Under the pieces are notes generated by a model, which did no database searches, was not told where the DNA came from, and worked only from the letters and a program-made list of their open reading frames with translations. Of a DNA stretch of 64,000 nucleotides, positions 9,772 through 20,451 are shown piece by piece. Both the position numbers and the translations under genes were made by a program. The first letter of the stretch is position 1; every line of letters begins with the position of its first letter. Source of the DNA: Candidatus Margulisiibacteriota bacterium (GTDB lineage Bacteria > Margulisbacteria > Riflemargulisbacteria > GWF2-35-9). The stretch is from contig JAQURL010000004.1 of NCBI GenBank assembly GCA_028715625.1, positions 2,061-66,060 on the forward strand. Direction: 5' to 3'.

Positions 9772-10770
9772 ATGAAAAAAGCAAACTATTACCATTCATA
9801 TCCCGGAAAAAAGGTACAGTGCCTGCTGTGCCCTAACAAATGTATGATCAGCCCTGATAAAAAAGGTTTTTGTGATATAAGACAAAATAAAAACGGGGTG
9901 CTTTATAACAGTATATATAATGCTTATTCATCTATAGCGGTAGATCCTATTGAAAAAAAACCTTTATATCATTTTTATCCGGGTAGTCAAATCCTTTCCC
10001 TGGGTTCAATAGGCTGTAATTTTAAATGCAGGCATTGCCAGAATTGGCAGATATCGCAACCTGGACGTAATTCTGTTAAAAGAGAAATGCAGTGCATAGA
10101 ACCTGAAGAAATTTTAAATATGACCACAAAATATTATCTTGATATGGTAGCTTTTACCTATAATGAACCCAATATTAATTTTGAAACAATTTTCGAAGCA
10201 GCAAAATTATTAAAAAATAATGACAAAAAAGTAGTTTCGGTTACCAACGGATATGTCTGCCTTGAGCCTCTGGCCGAATTAATGCCCTATATCGATGCTT
10301 ATAGCATAGACTTGAAAGCATTTACAGATAAGGCGTATACAAAACTAACAGGAGTAAATGCAAAAGAAAATGTTCAACAGGTTATCGATTTTTTGGTAAA
10401 AAAAGAAAAACATATTGAACTTGTATGGAATCTGGTTACAGACATTAATACTGATCTGGGACAAATAGAAGAGGCATTTGACTGGGTGGCTAGCCTGAGT
10501 AAATATATTCCGTTTCACATAACAGTTTTTTTCCCGAATTTGGATTTTGCTGACAAAATGCCGGTTCCGGGAGATGTGGTATCAGCCGCTACCTGCCTGG
10601 CTAAGGAAAAAGGGCTTAAATATGTGTACAGCTCCAGTTCTGAAGATACATTATGCCCGAATTGTAATTTTTATCTGATAAAACGAAGACATTTTCAGAT
10701 AATCGAAAATAATACTGCAGGGAAGATCTGTAAAAATTGCCACAAGGTTATTCCCTGGTTTATAAATTAA
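9772..10770 (+). CDS. AmmeMemoRadiSam-system radical SAM enzyme (AmrS; PFL-activase-like)
   Basis: Carries the CNFKCRHCQNW radical SAM cluster motif, a KKPLYHFYPG block, and a C-terminal CPNC…CKNC cysteine pair. Confidence 0.7.
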   Translation: MKKANYYHSYPGKKVQCLLCPNKCMISPDKKGFCDIRQNKNGVLYNSIYNAYSSIAVDPIEKKPLYHFYPGSQILSLGSIGCNFKCRHCQNWQISQPGRNSVKREMQCIEPEEILNMTTKYYLDMVAFTYNEPNINFETIFEAAKLLKNNDKKVVSVTNGYVCLEPLAELMPYIDAYSIDLKAFTDKAYTKLTGVNAKENVQQVIDFLVKKEKHIELVWNLVTDINTDLGQIEEAFDWVASLSKYIPFHITVFFPNLDFADKMPVPGDVVSAATCLAKEKGLKYVYSSSSEDTLCPNCNFYLIKRRHFQIIENNTAGKICKNCHKVIPWFIN

Positions 10771-11463
10771 ATGGCGCGGACAACAAATATTATAATCGCG
10801 ATTGACGGGCCGGCGGCTTCAGGAAAAAGTACAGTAGCTGCTCTTCTGGCCAAAAAAATGGGTATTACCTATTTAAACTCCGGACAGATGTATAGAGCAA
10901 TTACCTATAAATGTCTGGCGAACAAGATTTCCTTTTCTGATATTGATAAAATAGTGGAGATTACTAAAAATACTTCTTTTTCCATTTCCGCAAACATGCT
11001 GTTGATTGATGGAAAAAACTATAAAAAACAGGTTAGCTTGCCTGAGGTTGAAAACAATGTATCTATTGTAGCCAAAATACCGGAAGTTAGGGATATATTA
11101 ATCAAAAAACAAAGAGAAATTGCCAGAAATAAAAGTATTATCATGGACGGCAGGGATATCGGGACGATTGTCTTTCCGGACGCTACTTATAAATTCTACC
11201 TGGATGCGTCTATAGAAACTAGGGCCGAAAGAAGATGTAAAGAGCTGGCTCAAAAATTTCCGGACCAGTTATTTAGTTTAAAAAAAATAATAAACGAAAT
11301 CAAAGACAGAGACAATATTGATATGCAAAGAAATGTTTCTCCCTTAAAACAGGCCAAAGATGCAATATTAGTAGACACAACACGATTAAGCATAGAAGAA
11401 ATGATGATTCAATTATATAATACAATAAAACTTGGGAAAGAAAAAAACCATGAACATGCTTAA
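10771..11463 (+). CDS. cmk: Cytidylate kinase
   Basis: Has the IAIDGPAASGKST P-loop, and the YLNSGQMYRA and DGRDIGT motifs are diagnostic of Cmk. Confidence 0.9.
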   Translation: MARTTNIIIAIDGPAASGKSTVAALLAKKMGITYLNSGQMYRAITYKCLANKISFSDIDKIVEITKNTSFSISANMLLIDGKNYKKQVSLPEVENNVSIVAKIPEVRDILIKKQREIARNKSIIMDGRDIGTIVFPDATYKFYLDASIETRAERRCKELAQKFPDQLFSLKKIINEIKDRDNIDMQRNVSPLKQAKDAILVDTTRLSIEEMMIQLYNTIKLGKEKNHEHA

Positions 11464-12079
11464 AAAGAAAATGACCAGGCTAAGAAACTATTTTTTCACA
11501 GGACTCTTTGTCATTCTTCCTACAATAGTGACAATTTGGATAGTTGTTTTTATTTTCAAACTGTTTGGCGCGCCGGTTGGTAAGTTTTTGAATGTTTTAT
11601 TTTTTGCAAAAGGTTTGGACAAGGCGAGCGAGGTTATCCTCGGTTTTTTAATAGCAGTAAGCCTGATTTCCCTGATTGGATATCTGGCTAATATTACCTT
11701 TTTAAAACGTATTGCAAACAGCATTGAGGAGTACTTACACAAAATACCCCTTATAAACATGATTTATCCAGCAGTTAAAAAAATGATTAAGGCAATAACC
11801 ACTGATAACAAAACTTTCCAGAGGGTTGTGTTAATAGAATATCCCAGAAAAGGGTTATATTCGCTATGTTTTGTCACAAAAGAAGTATTTCCTAATGTAT
11901 TAAACGAAAGTGAAAATGAAAAAAGGCTTGTTTCAGTTTTTGTACCGACAACCCCGAACCCTACGTCAGGATTCATCTTATTGGTTCCCAGAAATGAAAT
12001 CAAGTCTGTAGACATCTCTGTAGAAGATGGTATTAAAATGATTGTTTCAGCAGGCTTTGTATCACCAGATGAAGTCTGA
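11450..12079 (+). CDS. DUF502 family membrane protein
   Basis: An N-terminal TM segment with LPTIVTIWIV and a conserved C-terminal fold. The start is taken at the ATG overlapping the cmk end. Confidence 0.55.
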   Translation: MNMLKKKMTRLRNYFFTGLFVILPTIVTIWIVVFIFKLFGAPVGKFLNVLFFAKGLDKASEVILGFLIAVSLISLIGYLANITFLKRIANSIEEYLHKIPLINMIYPAVKKMIKAITTDNKTFQRVVLIEYPRKGLYSLCFVTKEVFPNVLNESENEKRLVSVFVPTTPNPTSGFILLVPRNEIKSVDISVEDGIKMIVSAGFVSPDEV

Positions 12080-12953
12080 TAAATTTAATTTTACCAACGA
12101 AATTCTTAACTTGCTTTTTCTTATAACCGCTGGTTTGTCTGCAAGTTTTGGCTTGAAAAGTTTTTTGATCCCCAATAAATTCCTGGATGGTGGAGTAACA
12201 GGGATTTCGCTTTTGATATATTTTTTAACCAAAATGGACCTGGTGCTGCTGATTGCGGTTATTAACATACCCTTTATAATTTTAGGATATATTTTAATCT
12301 CCAGAGGTTTTGCTCTCAGGACTTTATTGGCAATTATCATTTTAGACGGCTGTCTGCTTTTTATAAGATATCCCATTATAACTTCAGATAAATTTTTGGT
12401 CGCTATTTTCGGAGGTATTTTTTTGGGCGGTGGAGTTGGTCTGGCAATACGTGGTAGCTGTGTGATAGATGGCACAGAGGTTCTGGCTCTTTTAATCAGC
12501 CTAAAAACCCGCTGGATGGTAGGTAGCGTAATATTGTTTCTAAATATTTTAATTTTTAGTCTTGCCGCCTTGCTTGTTAATATTGAAACAGCCCTTTATG
12601 CCATGCTGACATATTTTGTAGCATCTAAAACTGTAGATTTTATAGTACATGGAATTGAAGAGTATACAGGAGTGACCATTATTTCAGATTGTAGCGACCA
12701 GATCAGACGTCATATAATTGATACAATGCAAAGAGGGGTTACTTTGTATAAAGGAAAAAGAGGCCTTAATGATAAGGAATTTGATATCATCTATACGGTT
12801 ATTACCAGGTTGGAAATACCCAAGCTTATTTATCAGATTACCCAGATTGACCAAAATGCTTTTATTATTCAGCAAAGTATCAGCGATACCCAGGGGGGCC
12901 TCATCAAGTCACGGCCTATAATAACAAAACAGGTCCGACAAAAAGGTAGCTGA
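12069..12953 (+). CDS. YitT family membrane protein (DUF161 + DUF2179)
   Basis: Multi-TM with LDGGVTGISLL, followed by a C-terminal soluble DUF2179-like domain. Confidence 0.6.
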   Translation: MKSDKFNFTNEILNLLFLITAGLSASFGLKSFLIPNKFLDGGVTGISLLIYFLTKMDLVLLIAVINIPFIILGYILISRGFALRTLLAIIILDGCLLFIRYPIITSDKFLVAIFGGIFLGGGVGLAIRGSCVIDGTEVLALLISLKTRWMVGSVILFLNILIFSLAALLVNIETALYAMLTYFVASKTVDFIVHGIEEYTGVTIISDCSDQIRRHIIDTMQRGVTLYKGKRGLNDKEFDIIYTVITRLEIPKLIYQITQIDQNAFIIQQSISDTQGGLIKSRPIITKQVRQKGS

Positions 12954-13032
12954 ATATCCCGGAAGCCTTTAAACATATATCCAGTACAAACAAATAATGT
13001 TTAAAAATTTTTAAATTGGGCATAAATAAAAT

Positions 13033-13458
13033 ATGAATATAGATAGCAATATAAGCAGTATTCTTAATAAATACACAAGCACTCAAAATTCAATAAATTA
13101 TAAAGAAACGTCGGTTGAGAATAAAGCTGAAAACAAACAGGAACAACAGACTGTAAAAGTAGAAGTTCAGCATGTTGCCATTCTTCAGGAGCAAAAGCCG
13201 ATAGAAAAGCCACGTGAAAATGAAGATGTGGTTTATGCAAAAATGGCTGAAACAGATACAAAAACAGAACGACATAGAGTTGTAGAAACTGCACTTCGTG
13301 AGGAAGCCGCCAGAAATGCGCAAGCCAGCAGAGCAGGTGAAATGGAAGCGCAAAAGCAAAGCCAGAAAGAAACTTCTTTACATGCCTATCAGGAAGTAGC
13401 AAACCGAACAATCAGTGCAAAAGAAGGCGGAGTAGTTGGTCAAGCCTGGAACGCCTGA
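13033..13458 (+). CDS. Hypothetical charged, low-complexity protein
   Basis: The ORF is rich in E/K/Q/A residues; no motif. Confidence 0.3.
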   Translation: MNIDSNISSILNKYTSTQNSINYKETSVENKAENKQEQQTVKVEVQHVAILQEQKPIEKPRENEDVVYAKMAETDTKTERHRVVETALREEAARNAQASRAGEMEAQKQSQKETSLHAYQEVANRTISAKEGGVVGQAWNA

Positions 13459-13511
13459 AAAGTTATTCAAGAAATTCCCAAAATTTATGATTATGATATA
13501 ATTGAAACGCT

Positions 13512-14210
13512 ATGCGTATTCACTATCTTCAACATGTGCCCTTTGAAGACCTGGCAGCGATTAAACCCTGGGCAGAGAGTAAGGAAATAGTCCTAAGCCG
13601 AACCTGCCTGTTTGACGGAGAGCCTTTCCCGGATGTTAATGATATTGATGGTTTGATAATTGTTGGCGGACCTATGGGGGTGTATGAAGAAAATAAGTAT
13701 CCCTGGATGCATGAGGAAAAAAAATACATAGAAACAGCCATTAAAAAAGATAAAAAAGTTTTAGGCATTTGCCTCGGGGCCCAACTAATTGCCAATGTTC
13801 TTGGAGCTAAAGTTTATAAAAATAAATATAAAGAAATAGGTTGGTTTGACATAAAACTTACAGGACAGGCTAAAACCTCGAAGCTTTTTAAAAGTTTTCC
13901 TGATACGTTTAAGGTTTTTCAATGGCATGGGGATACTTTTGATACTCCTACTGGAGTAAAAAATCTGGCTAGTTCCATAGCCTGTAAGAATCAGGCCTTC
14001 GAGTATAACAGAGGGCAAGTTGCGGCGCTTCAATTTCATATTGAGTCATCAACTGGCAGCATTAAATATTTATTACAAAATTGTAATGATGAACTTATAA
14101 AGGACAGCTATATTCAGTCCTCTAAAGAAATTCAGGCTGGAATAAATTATATAAAAGAAAACAACCGCTTAATGACTGAATTTTTAACACACCTTTTAAT
14201 AGAACCTTAA
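13512..14210 (+). CDS. Class I glutamine amidotransferase-like protein
   Basis: The nucleophile-elbow motif GICLGAQL is present with a downstream His. Confidence 0.65.
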   Translation: MRIHYLQHVPFEDLAAIKPWAESKEIVLSRTCLFDGEPFPDVNDIDGLIIVGGPMGVYEENKYPWMHEEKKYIETAIKKDKKVLGICLGAQLIANVLGAKVYKNKYKEIGWFDIKLTGQAKTSKLFKSFPDTFKVFQWHGDTFDTPTGVKNLASSIACKNQAFEYNRGQVAALQFHIESSTGSIKYLLQNCNDELIKDSYIQSSKEIQAGINYIKENNRLMTEFLTHLLIEP

Positions 14211-14212
14211 TA

Positions 14213-16030
14213 ATGGTAGAACTGCTTGCTCCTGCCAAAAACCTGGAATGCGGAATAGCAGCAATTAATTACGGAGCCGATGCTGTATATATAGGCGGTC
14301 CTGATTTCAGCGCACGCAGTCAGGCAAGCAATTCTATTGCTGATATCCGCAGGCTTGTTCTTCATGCGCATCAATATTGGGCCAAGGTTTATGTAGCTTT
14401 GAATACACTGTTAACGGATAATGAAATATCAATTGCTGGAAAACTTATTCGGGAATTATATGAAGCAGAAATAGATGCGCTGATTATACAGGATATAGGT
14501 TTACTGGAAAGCGATTTACCACCAATTCCTCTTTTTGCCAGCAGCCAAATGACTAATATGACTACAGAAAAAGTACAATTTCTACAAAAGGCAGGTTTCA
14601 AAAGAGTTATTCTGGAAAGAGCATTAAGTCTGGAAGAAATAAAAGAAATCAGAAGAAAAACAACAGTAGATCTGGAATGTTTTGTGCATGGTTCTTTATG
14701 TGTGGCTTATGGCGGATTTTGTAATTTAAGCTATATTCAGGGCAAAAGAAGTGCTAACAAGGGTAATTGTGCCCAACCGTGTCGTAAAAGATACGATCTT
14801 TATGATGAAAACGGATTGGTCTTAGGCAGCAAGAATTTTCTGAGCCTGAAAGATTTGAACCTATCCGAATCTTTAGAACAACTGATGGACGCGGGTATAT
14901 CTTCATTTAAGGTTGAAGGTAGACTTAAGGATGTAAATTATATTAAAAATATCATCTATTATTACAGAAAAAAAATAGACAAATTGAAATCCGCAACAAA
15001 AGTTTCCAGCGGATTCTTCTATGAACGCCCATCAAAATTATCCTTTGAGGTTAATCCGGAAAAAACATTTAACAGGGGCTATACATCTTATTTTTTTAAA
15101 ACCAGACAAAAGATGGCTTCACTTGATAGCCCCAAGTCGTTAGGGGAAGAAATAGGGAAAATAACCGGAATAACACAGAGATATATTGAGCTGAATAAAT
15201 CGGCTGAACTAAATCCGGGTGATGGAATATGTTTCTTTGATCGGGAGAATAAGCTGGTGGGAACCTATATAAACAAAGTTGAGAATAATAAAGTTTTTTT
15301 AGACAAGCACCTCGACAGGGCAAAACGAGGAATACTGATATACAGAAATTTCGACAAACAGTTTAATCAGTGGCTGAAGAGAGATCCCATTCAGAGAAAA
15401 ATTAAGATCCACTTTTTATGTTTCCAGACGAAAAACGATTATTCTATTAGTGTTTTTGACGAAGATGGGATTTCGGTGACCAGATGCATTGCCAGGAAAG
15501 AACAAGGAAATAGTACTGCTGGAGACTTAAAAGAAAGGTTCAAGCGCGGGTTACAAAAATGTGGCGGAACTCTATTTTACTGCGTAAACGTTAAAGTTGA
15601 TTCGCCGGAGCTGCCTGATTTATCTTTGAGTGAGATAAATCTGATCCGCAGGCAACTATTGGATTTGTTGGGGAAAGAAAGGATAAAATTTTTTCAACGT
15701 GTGATAAATTACCCGGAAACAGAACAAAATTTTTCACTAAAATTTGATATTAACCGGGCCGAGAATGTGAGCAACGAGAAAGCTGAACTATATTATAAAC
15801 GTCACGGAGTTGAAAAAACTTATAAAGCCATTGAAAACCTGACAGAGCAGGATGAAAGAAGCTTAATGACCACAAAATATTGTATTAAATACGAGCTGGA
15901 TTTATGTCCTAAGAAATCTAAAATAAAACAAAACTCAAAAAATTTTTATATCAGAGATGAAAAAGGAAGAGATTTTTTGTTGTCTTTTGATTGTGATAAA
16001 TGTGAAATGCAGGTTAGGCAGAAAAGTTAA
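14213..16030 (+). CDS. U32 family peptidase (PrtC/RlhA/TrhP-like)
   Basis: MVELLAPAKN…AINYGADAVYIGG, a Cys-rich CVAYGGFCNLS…CAQPCR segment, and the 605-aa length are all typical of U32. Confidence 0.8.
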   Translation: MVELLAPAKNLECGIAAINYGADAVYIGGPDFSARSQASNSIADIRRLVLHAHQYWAKVYVALNTLLTDNEISIAGKLIRELYEAEIDALIIQDIGLLESDLPPIPLFASSQMTNMTTEKVQFLQKAGFKRVILERALSLEEIKEIRRKTTVDLECFVHGSLCVAYGGFCNLSYIQGKRSANKGNCAQPCRKRYDLYDENGLVLGSKNFLSLKDLNLSESLEQLMDAGISSFKVEGRLKDVNYIKNIIYYYRKKIDKLKSATKVSSGFFYERPSKLSFEVNPEKTFNRGYTSYFFKTRQKMASLDSPKSLGEEIGKITGITQRYIELNKSAELNPGDGICFFDRENKLVGTYINKVENNKVFLDKHLDRAKRGILIYRNFDKQFNQWLKRDPIQRKIKIHFLCFQTKNDYSISVFDEDGISVTRCIARKEQGNSTAGDLKERFKRGLQKCGGTLFYCVNVKVDSPELPDLSLSEINLIRRQLLDLLGKERIKFFQRVINYPETEQNFSLKFDINRAENVSNEKAELYYKRHGVEKTYKAIENLTEQDERSLMTTKYCIKYELDLCPKKSKIKQNSKNFYIRDEKGRDFLLSFDCDKCEMQVRQKS

Positions 16031-16281
16031 AAAGTCATCCCATAACGTTCGCTGAAAAGTTTCTGAATAAACTGATCATTTGTTTTGACCCGATCTACAA
16101 AAGCTACAACCTCCTGAGGCAGTTCTTTTTTATCCATTTTATCGTAGATTTCCATGAGTTTATTAAAGGGCATTGTTTGCAGTTCGCCAAGATTGTATCC
16201 CTGTTTTTCCAGCGCTTTTTTGACAGCGCCCAAATGAGAGTTGTTTATTTCTGGCATATAAGACATATCAAAGGCTGACAT
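16027..16281 (-). CDS. Hypothetical small protein
   Basis: An 84-aa ORF convergent with the U32 gene. Confidence 0.3.
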   Translation of the reverse strand: MSAFDMSYMPEINNSHLGAVKKALEKQGYNLGELQTMPFNKLMEIYDKMDKKELPQEVVAFVDRVKTNDQFIQKLFSERYGMTF

Positions 16282-16439
16282 GATTTATGTATATAATTCC
16301 CTGATTATTCATAATACAAACATGTTTAATTATTGATATTTTTGGGAAAAGTATAATCTAAATGTAGTAAAGACTGGAAAAAACTGATGAAAAACAATAA
16401 AATGTAACATTAAAGAAGCGGGGGAAATTCAAGAGGAAA

Positions 16440-17324
16440 ATGGATAAAGACAGCAGAAGAATATATGATAAACTTGTTTTAAAAGCGGGAGACCTTTTAC
16501 CCTTACCGATTACAATTCATGAATTGATAAAAATAACCAATAATCCTAATGTCAGTAGCAGGGACATAGGAAAAGTAATCGAAAAGGACCAGGCCATGAC
16601 CTCACGCGTTTTAAGGTTGGCAAATTCAGTGTATTACGGTTTTACTCAAAGGATCAGAACGATTTCTCACGCCATTGTTTGTCTGGGATTCAGCAAAGTT
16701 AAAAGCCTTGCTTTGACCGTTTCAACTTATGAAATATTAAATGCAGCTTTGGAAAAATACGCCATGAAAGAGGGCGCTTTATTTAATCACAGCATAGCGG
16801 TAGCTATCGGCGCCAGCACGATAGCAGAAAAAACTGGAATAAAAGACACAGAAGAAGCATACGTTATCGGCCTTTTACATGATATCGGGAAAATGGTTAT
16901 TGACCAGAATTTGCATAAAGATGAGGTGACACCTGTCTGGGAACTGTATAAACAGGGTACTATGAAGTTTCATCAGGCTGAAAAGGAAGTGCTGGGTTTT
17001 GATCACGCTGATGTCGGGTCGGAAGTAGCCAGACGCTGGAATTTTCCTAACGAACTTTGTAACGCCATAGGATATCATCACTCCCCCCTGAGCGCTCCCG
17101 GGGACATAAGGACTGCATATATTGTAAACCTGGCTGATGGCCTGGCTAAAACAATGATTGATTGCAAAGGTATGTCCGAAGAGCAGGATGTCAGCCTGGA
17201 AATAGAAGGAATATTTAAAGAAAAGAACCTGGAAAAACTCGGTTTGGTAAAAGAAAAAGTATTGGATATAAGAAATATTATTGCACAAAAAGTAGAAAAA
17301 GTTTTGGCAGAATTTAAAAATTAG
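16440..17324 (+). CDS. HDOD domain-containing signalling protein
   Basis: HD-related output domain motifs: LHDIGK, GYHH. Confidence 0.7.
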   Translation: MDKDSRRIYDKLVLKAGDLLPLPITIHELIKITNNPNVSSRDIGKVIEKDQAMTSRVLRLANSVYYGFTQRIRTISHAIVCLGFSKVKSLALTVSTYEILNAALEKYAMKEGALFNHSIAVAIGASTIAEKTGIKDTEEAYVIGLLHDIGKMVIDQNLHKDEVTPVWELYKQGTMKFHQAEKEVLGFDHADVGSEVARRWNFPNELCNAIGYHHSPLSAPGDIRTAYIVNLADGLAKTMIDCKGMSEEQDVSLEIEGIFKEKNLEKLGLVKEKVLDIRNIIAQKVEKVLAEFKN

Positions 17325-17338
17325 GCATAGGAAATATT

Positions 17339-19642
17339 ATGAGTCAAACAATAGATATTGAAACACTAAACAACCTACCGGCAGCAGAGTTAGTAAAAAT
17401 CATTATTGATTTGCAGCAACATATACAGGAAAAGGATAATATTGAGGAAGAAATAGAAAAAAACTATCATTTGCAAAATACTATCAGCTCTATATTGCAG
17501 GCATTTCTGGGCAATATGTCATTGGAACAACAACTGAAATACGTACTGGAACTGATCATATCGCTACCCTGGTTTGATATTCTTATTAAAGGCTCAATTT
17601 ATCTGATGGACGAAGAAAAACAGGAATTATTTTTATATACTTATCATAATCTGCCTGAAGAAATTGTCAGAAATTGCGGACGTATAGCATTGGATAAAGG
17701 ATTCTGCGGATTAGCAGCAACAAAAGGAGAAATTCTTTATTCTGACCCCCAGACAAACAAACAACTTTGTCTCAATAATTGTAAAGGTGAGAATGACCAA
17801 TGCCAGTATTGTATTCCTATCATGAATATAAACAAAACCATGGGAATTATTAATATTTATGTAAAAAAAGAACATCAGGAGTCTCAGGATGCCAAGGATT
17901 TTTTCAGCATTGTAGCCAATATTGTGGCTGGTATTATTGATCATAAAAAAACAGAAAAAGAACTGGAAAAGCACCGTAATAATCTTGAGGATATTGTAAA
18001 ACTGCGCACAGAAGAACTTTCCGAGGCAAATATAAATTTAATGGAAGCGATACAAAAGGTTGAAAAGGCCAGCAAACTGAAAAGTGAATTTTTGGCTAAT
18101 ATGTCCCACGAAATAAGAACGCCGATAAATGGCATTTTGGGAATGACCGAACTTCTAAAAAAGGAACCTTTCAATGAAGAACAGAAAGAGAAATTAAGGA
18201 TTATATCGATCTCCACCAACGCTTTGCTGGACTTGGTTAATGATATTCTGGATTTGTCCAAGATTGAAGCAGGCAGGCTGGAGCTGGAAAGTATTCCTTT
18301 TAATATTAACAATTTGATAGAAGAAAAACTAAAGATGTTTCAGTACACTGCCAAAAACAAAGGGCTGGAACTTATGCATCAAATTCAGGATTCTATACCC
18401 GAGTTTGTAAAAGGTGACCCGGCAAGAATACAGCAAATAGTGATAAACCTGGTGAACAATGCTATAAAATTTACAAAAGAGGGCGGCATAACGATTACCG
18501 TTAATATTTTGGAGGAAAACAACAATTCACTTGTGCTTATTTTTTCGGTTAAAGATACCGGTATAGGTATTGAGTCTGATAAAACCGAGGTTATATTTGA
18601 CAGTTTCAGACAAGCTGATGGTTCGCATTCCAGACAATTCGGCGGAACAGGACTAGGGTTGGCTATATGTAAACAACTTGTAACCTTAATGAAAGGCAGA
18701 ATTTGGGTTGAAAGCAAGGTTAATGAGGGCAGTGAGTTTAAATTTACTGTCGAATTCACTAAATTGTCCCCTACAGAATTAAATGAACTTAAAACCGAAA
18801 TAAAAGCCAATGAAGAAGTACAGAAAAAAATAAGACCTTTAAAAATATTGCTGGCTGAAGATTATATAATCAATCAAAAAGTAGCTATAGGGCTTTTAAG
18901 TATTAATAATCACAAGGTTACACTTGCCAATAATGGTAAGGAAGCTGTGGACTGGTATAAAAAAGAACGGTTCGATATAGTATTAATGGATATACAGATG
19001 CCCGAGATGGATGGTATGCAGGCCACGACTATTATCCGAGAACTGGAAAAGCAAAACAATCACAGAACGCCGATTATTGCCTTAACAGCGCACGCAATTG
19101 CCGGTGACAGGGAAAAATATATGGAAAGTGGCATGGATGATTATCTAACCAAACCTATAAATAGCGAGCATATGGAGCAAATGCTGCAAAAACACACAGC
19201 ATTTATTTCTGACCAGGAACTGGAAGTAAATAAAAAACCACAGCAACCCCCGGTTATTATGGAACAACCAAAAGTAATAATTGAAGCGCCTCTTGATATA
19301 GAACAATCAATCAGAGAATTTAAGGGTAACGCAGAATTAGTGCATGCCATACTTGATGAATTTTTGAGCAAGATTATTGAAAATCAGATTGTACTGATAA
19401 AAGAAGCAATTGATACTGGTAATTACGAAACTATCAGGGCGGAAGCCCACTCCATAAAAGGAGGAACTGCCAATATTAAAGCTAATTTTCTATCATTAGC
19501 AGCGAAAGAACTGGAGTTTGCCGCTAAAGACAGCAACCTGGAAAATTGTAAAAATTTTTTCGAGAAGCTATTATATGAAAAAGATAGATTAAAGAATTAC
19601 TACTACCAGGAGGTAAAAAATGAAAGTAATGATAATCGATGA
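17339..19642 (+). CDS. Hybrid sensor histidine kinase / response regulator with C-terminal HPt domain
   Basis: A GAF-like region, an HisKA H-box (MSHEIRTPINGILGMT), an HATPase_c domain (N, G1, G2 boxes), a receiver (LLAEDY…VLMDIQMPEMDG…LTAH…YLTKP), and an HPt (HSIKGG). Confidence 0.85.
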   Translation: MSQTIDIETLNNLPAAELVKIIIDLQQHIQEKDNIEEEIEKNYHLQNTISSILQAFLGNMSLEQQLKYVLELIISLPWFDILIKGSIYLMDEEKQELFLYTYHNLPEEIVRNCGRIALDKGFCGLAATKGEILYSDPQTNKQLCLNNCKGENDQCQYCIPIMNINKTMGIINIYVKKEHQESQDAKDFFSIVANIVAGIIDHKKTEKELEKHRNNLEDIVKLRTEELSEANINLMEAIQKVEKASKLKSEFLANMSHEIRTPINGILGMTELLKKEPFNEEQKEKLRIISISTNALLDLVNDILDLSKIEAGRLELESIPFNINNLIEEKLKMFQYTAKNKGLELMHQIQDSIPEFVKGDPARIQQIVINLVNNAIKFTKEGGITITVNILEENNNSLVLIFSVKDTGIGIESDKTEVIFDSFRQADGSHSRQFGGTGLGLAICKQLVTLMKGRIWVESKVNEGSEFKFTVEFTKLSPTELNELKTEIKANEEVQKKIRPLKILLAEDYIINQKVAIGLLSINNHKVTLANNGKEAVDWYKKERFDIVLMDIQMPEMDGMQATTIIRELEKQNNHRTPIIALTAHAIAGDREKYMESGMDDYLTKPINSEHMEQMLQKHTAFISDQELEVNKKPQQPPVIMEQPKVIIEAPLDIEQSIREFKGNAELVHAILDEFLSKIIENQIVLIKEAIDTGNYETIRAEAHSIKGGTANIKANFLSLAAKELEFAAKDSNLENCKNFFEKLLYEKDRLKNYYYQEVKNESNDNR

Positions 19643-20429
19643 TGACCTTATAAGCCGCAAGAAGTTGATGGAAATATTAAAACCACGCGGTGAATGTGAG
19701 GAGTATGAGAGAGGAGATGTAGCGCTTGTAGCTTTTGAAAAAGCCGTTAAAAATAAAGAATATTATAGTTTGGTTACTATTGATATAAACATGCCTCACT
19801 TGAGCGGAATATCAGTACTTCATAAAATACGTGACATAGAAGATGAGTACAAGTTGTCAAAAGATAAAAAAGTCAAAATAATGATGGTAACCTCCAGTAA
19901 TGAAAAAGAAAAAGTTAGCGATGCGATGGAAATGGGATGTGATGATTATATCTTAAAGCCATTTGATGAAGAAGTTATTTTGGAAAGACTCGAAATAAAC
20001 AACTATATGACAGGGTGGGAAAAGAATAAAAGGCTGAAGATCATGGTTGTTGATGATGAAATGATCAGCCGCAAAAAACTGGTGGAGTCGTTTAAAGATT
20101 ATGGTGACAGCGATGAATTTGAAAAAGGTACGGACGCAATACAGGTTTTTAGAAAATCAGTTGAGGACAAAAAAAAATATGACTTGATAACAATTGATAT
20201 TAATATGCCAGATATAGATGGCATATCGATCCTGCATAAAATTAGAGCAATTGAAATAGAACAGAAAATTCCGCAGCAACAACAGACAAAGGTAATAATG
20301 GTTACTTCAAATACTGATAAAAGCAAGTTTTATGAGGCCTTGTCGTTGCGTTGCGATGACTATATATTAAAGCCTTTCAATGAAAATTTAATTTCAGACA
20401 GAATGAAAACTTATGATATTGAAGAATAG
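19620..20429 (+). CDS. Tandem double receiver-domain response regulator (REC-REC, no output domain)
   Basis: Contains two complete REC domains, each with DD, D(INMP), T/S and K. Confidence 0.8.
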   Translation: MKVMIIDDDLISRKKLMEILKPRGECEEYERGDVALVAFEKAVKNKEYYSLVTIDINMPHLSGISVLHKIRDIEDEYKLSKDKKVKIMMVTSSNEKEKVSDAMEMGCDDYILKPFDEEVILERLEINNYMTGWEKNKRLKIMVVDDEMISRKKLVESFKDYGDSDEFEKGTDAIQVFRKSVEDKKKYDLITIDINMPDIDGISILHKIRAIEIEQKIPQQQQTKVIMVTSNTDKSKFYEALSLRCDDYILKPFNENLISDRMKTYDIEE

Positions 20430-20451
20430 CCAAGAAAAGGGGGAATAATAT

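Noticed and set aside
13064-13411. Minus-strand ORFs overlapping the 13033-13458 gene
   Set aside because: They are artefacts of an A-rich coding strand. The T-rich antisense has few stops and Phe/Leu-rich nonsense translations.
17711-19371. Multiple antisense ORFs inside the hybrid histidine kinase gene
   Set aside because: They sit inside a gene with contiguous HisKA/HATPase/REC/HPt domains; shadows.
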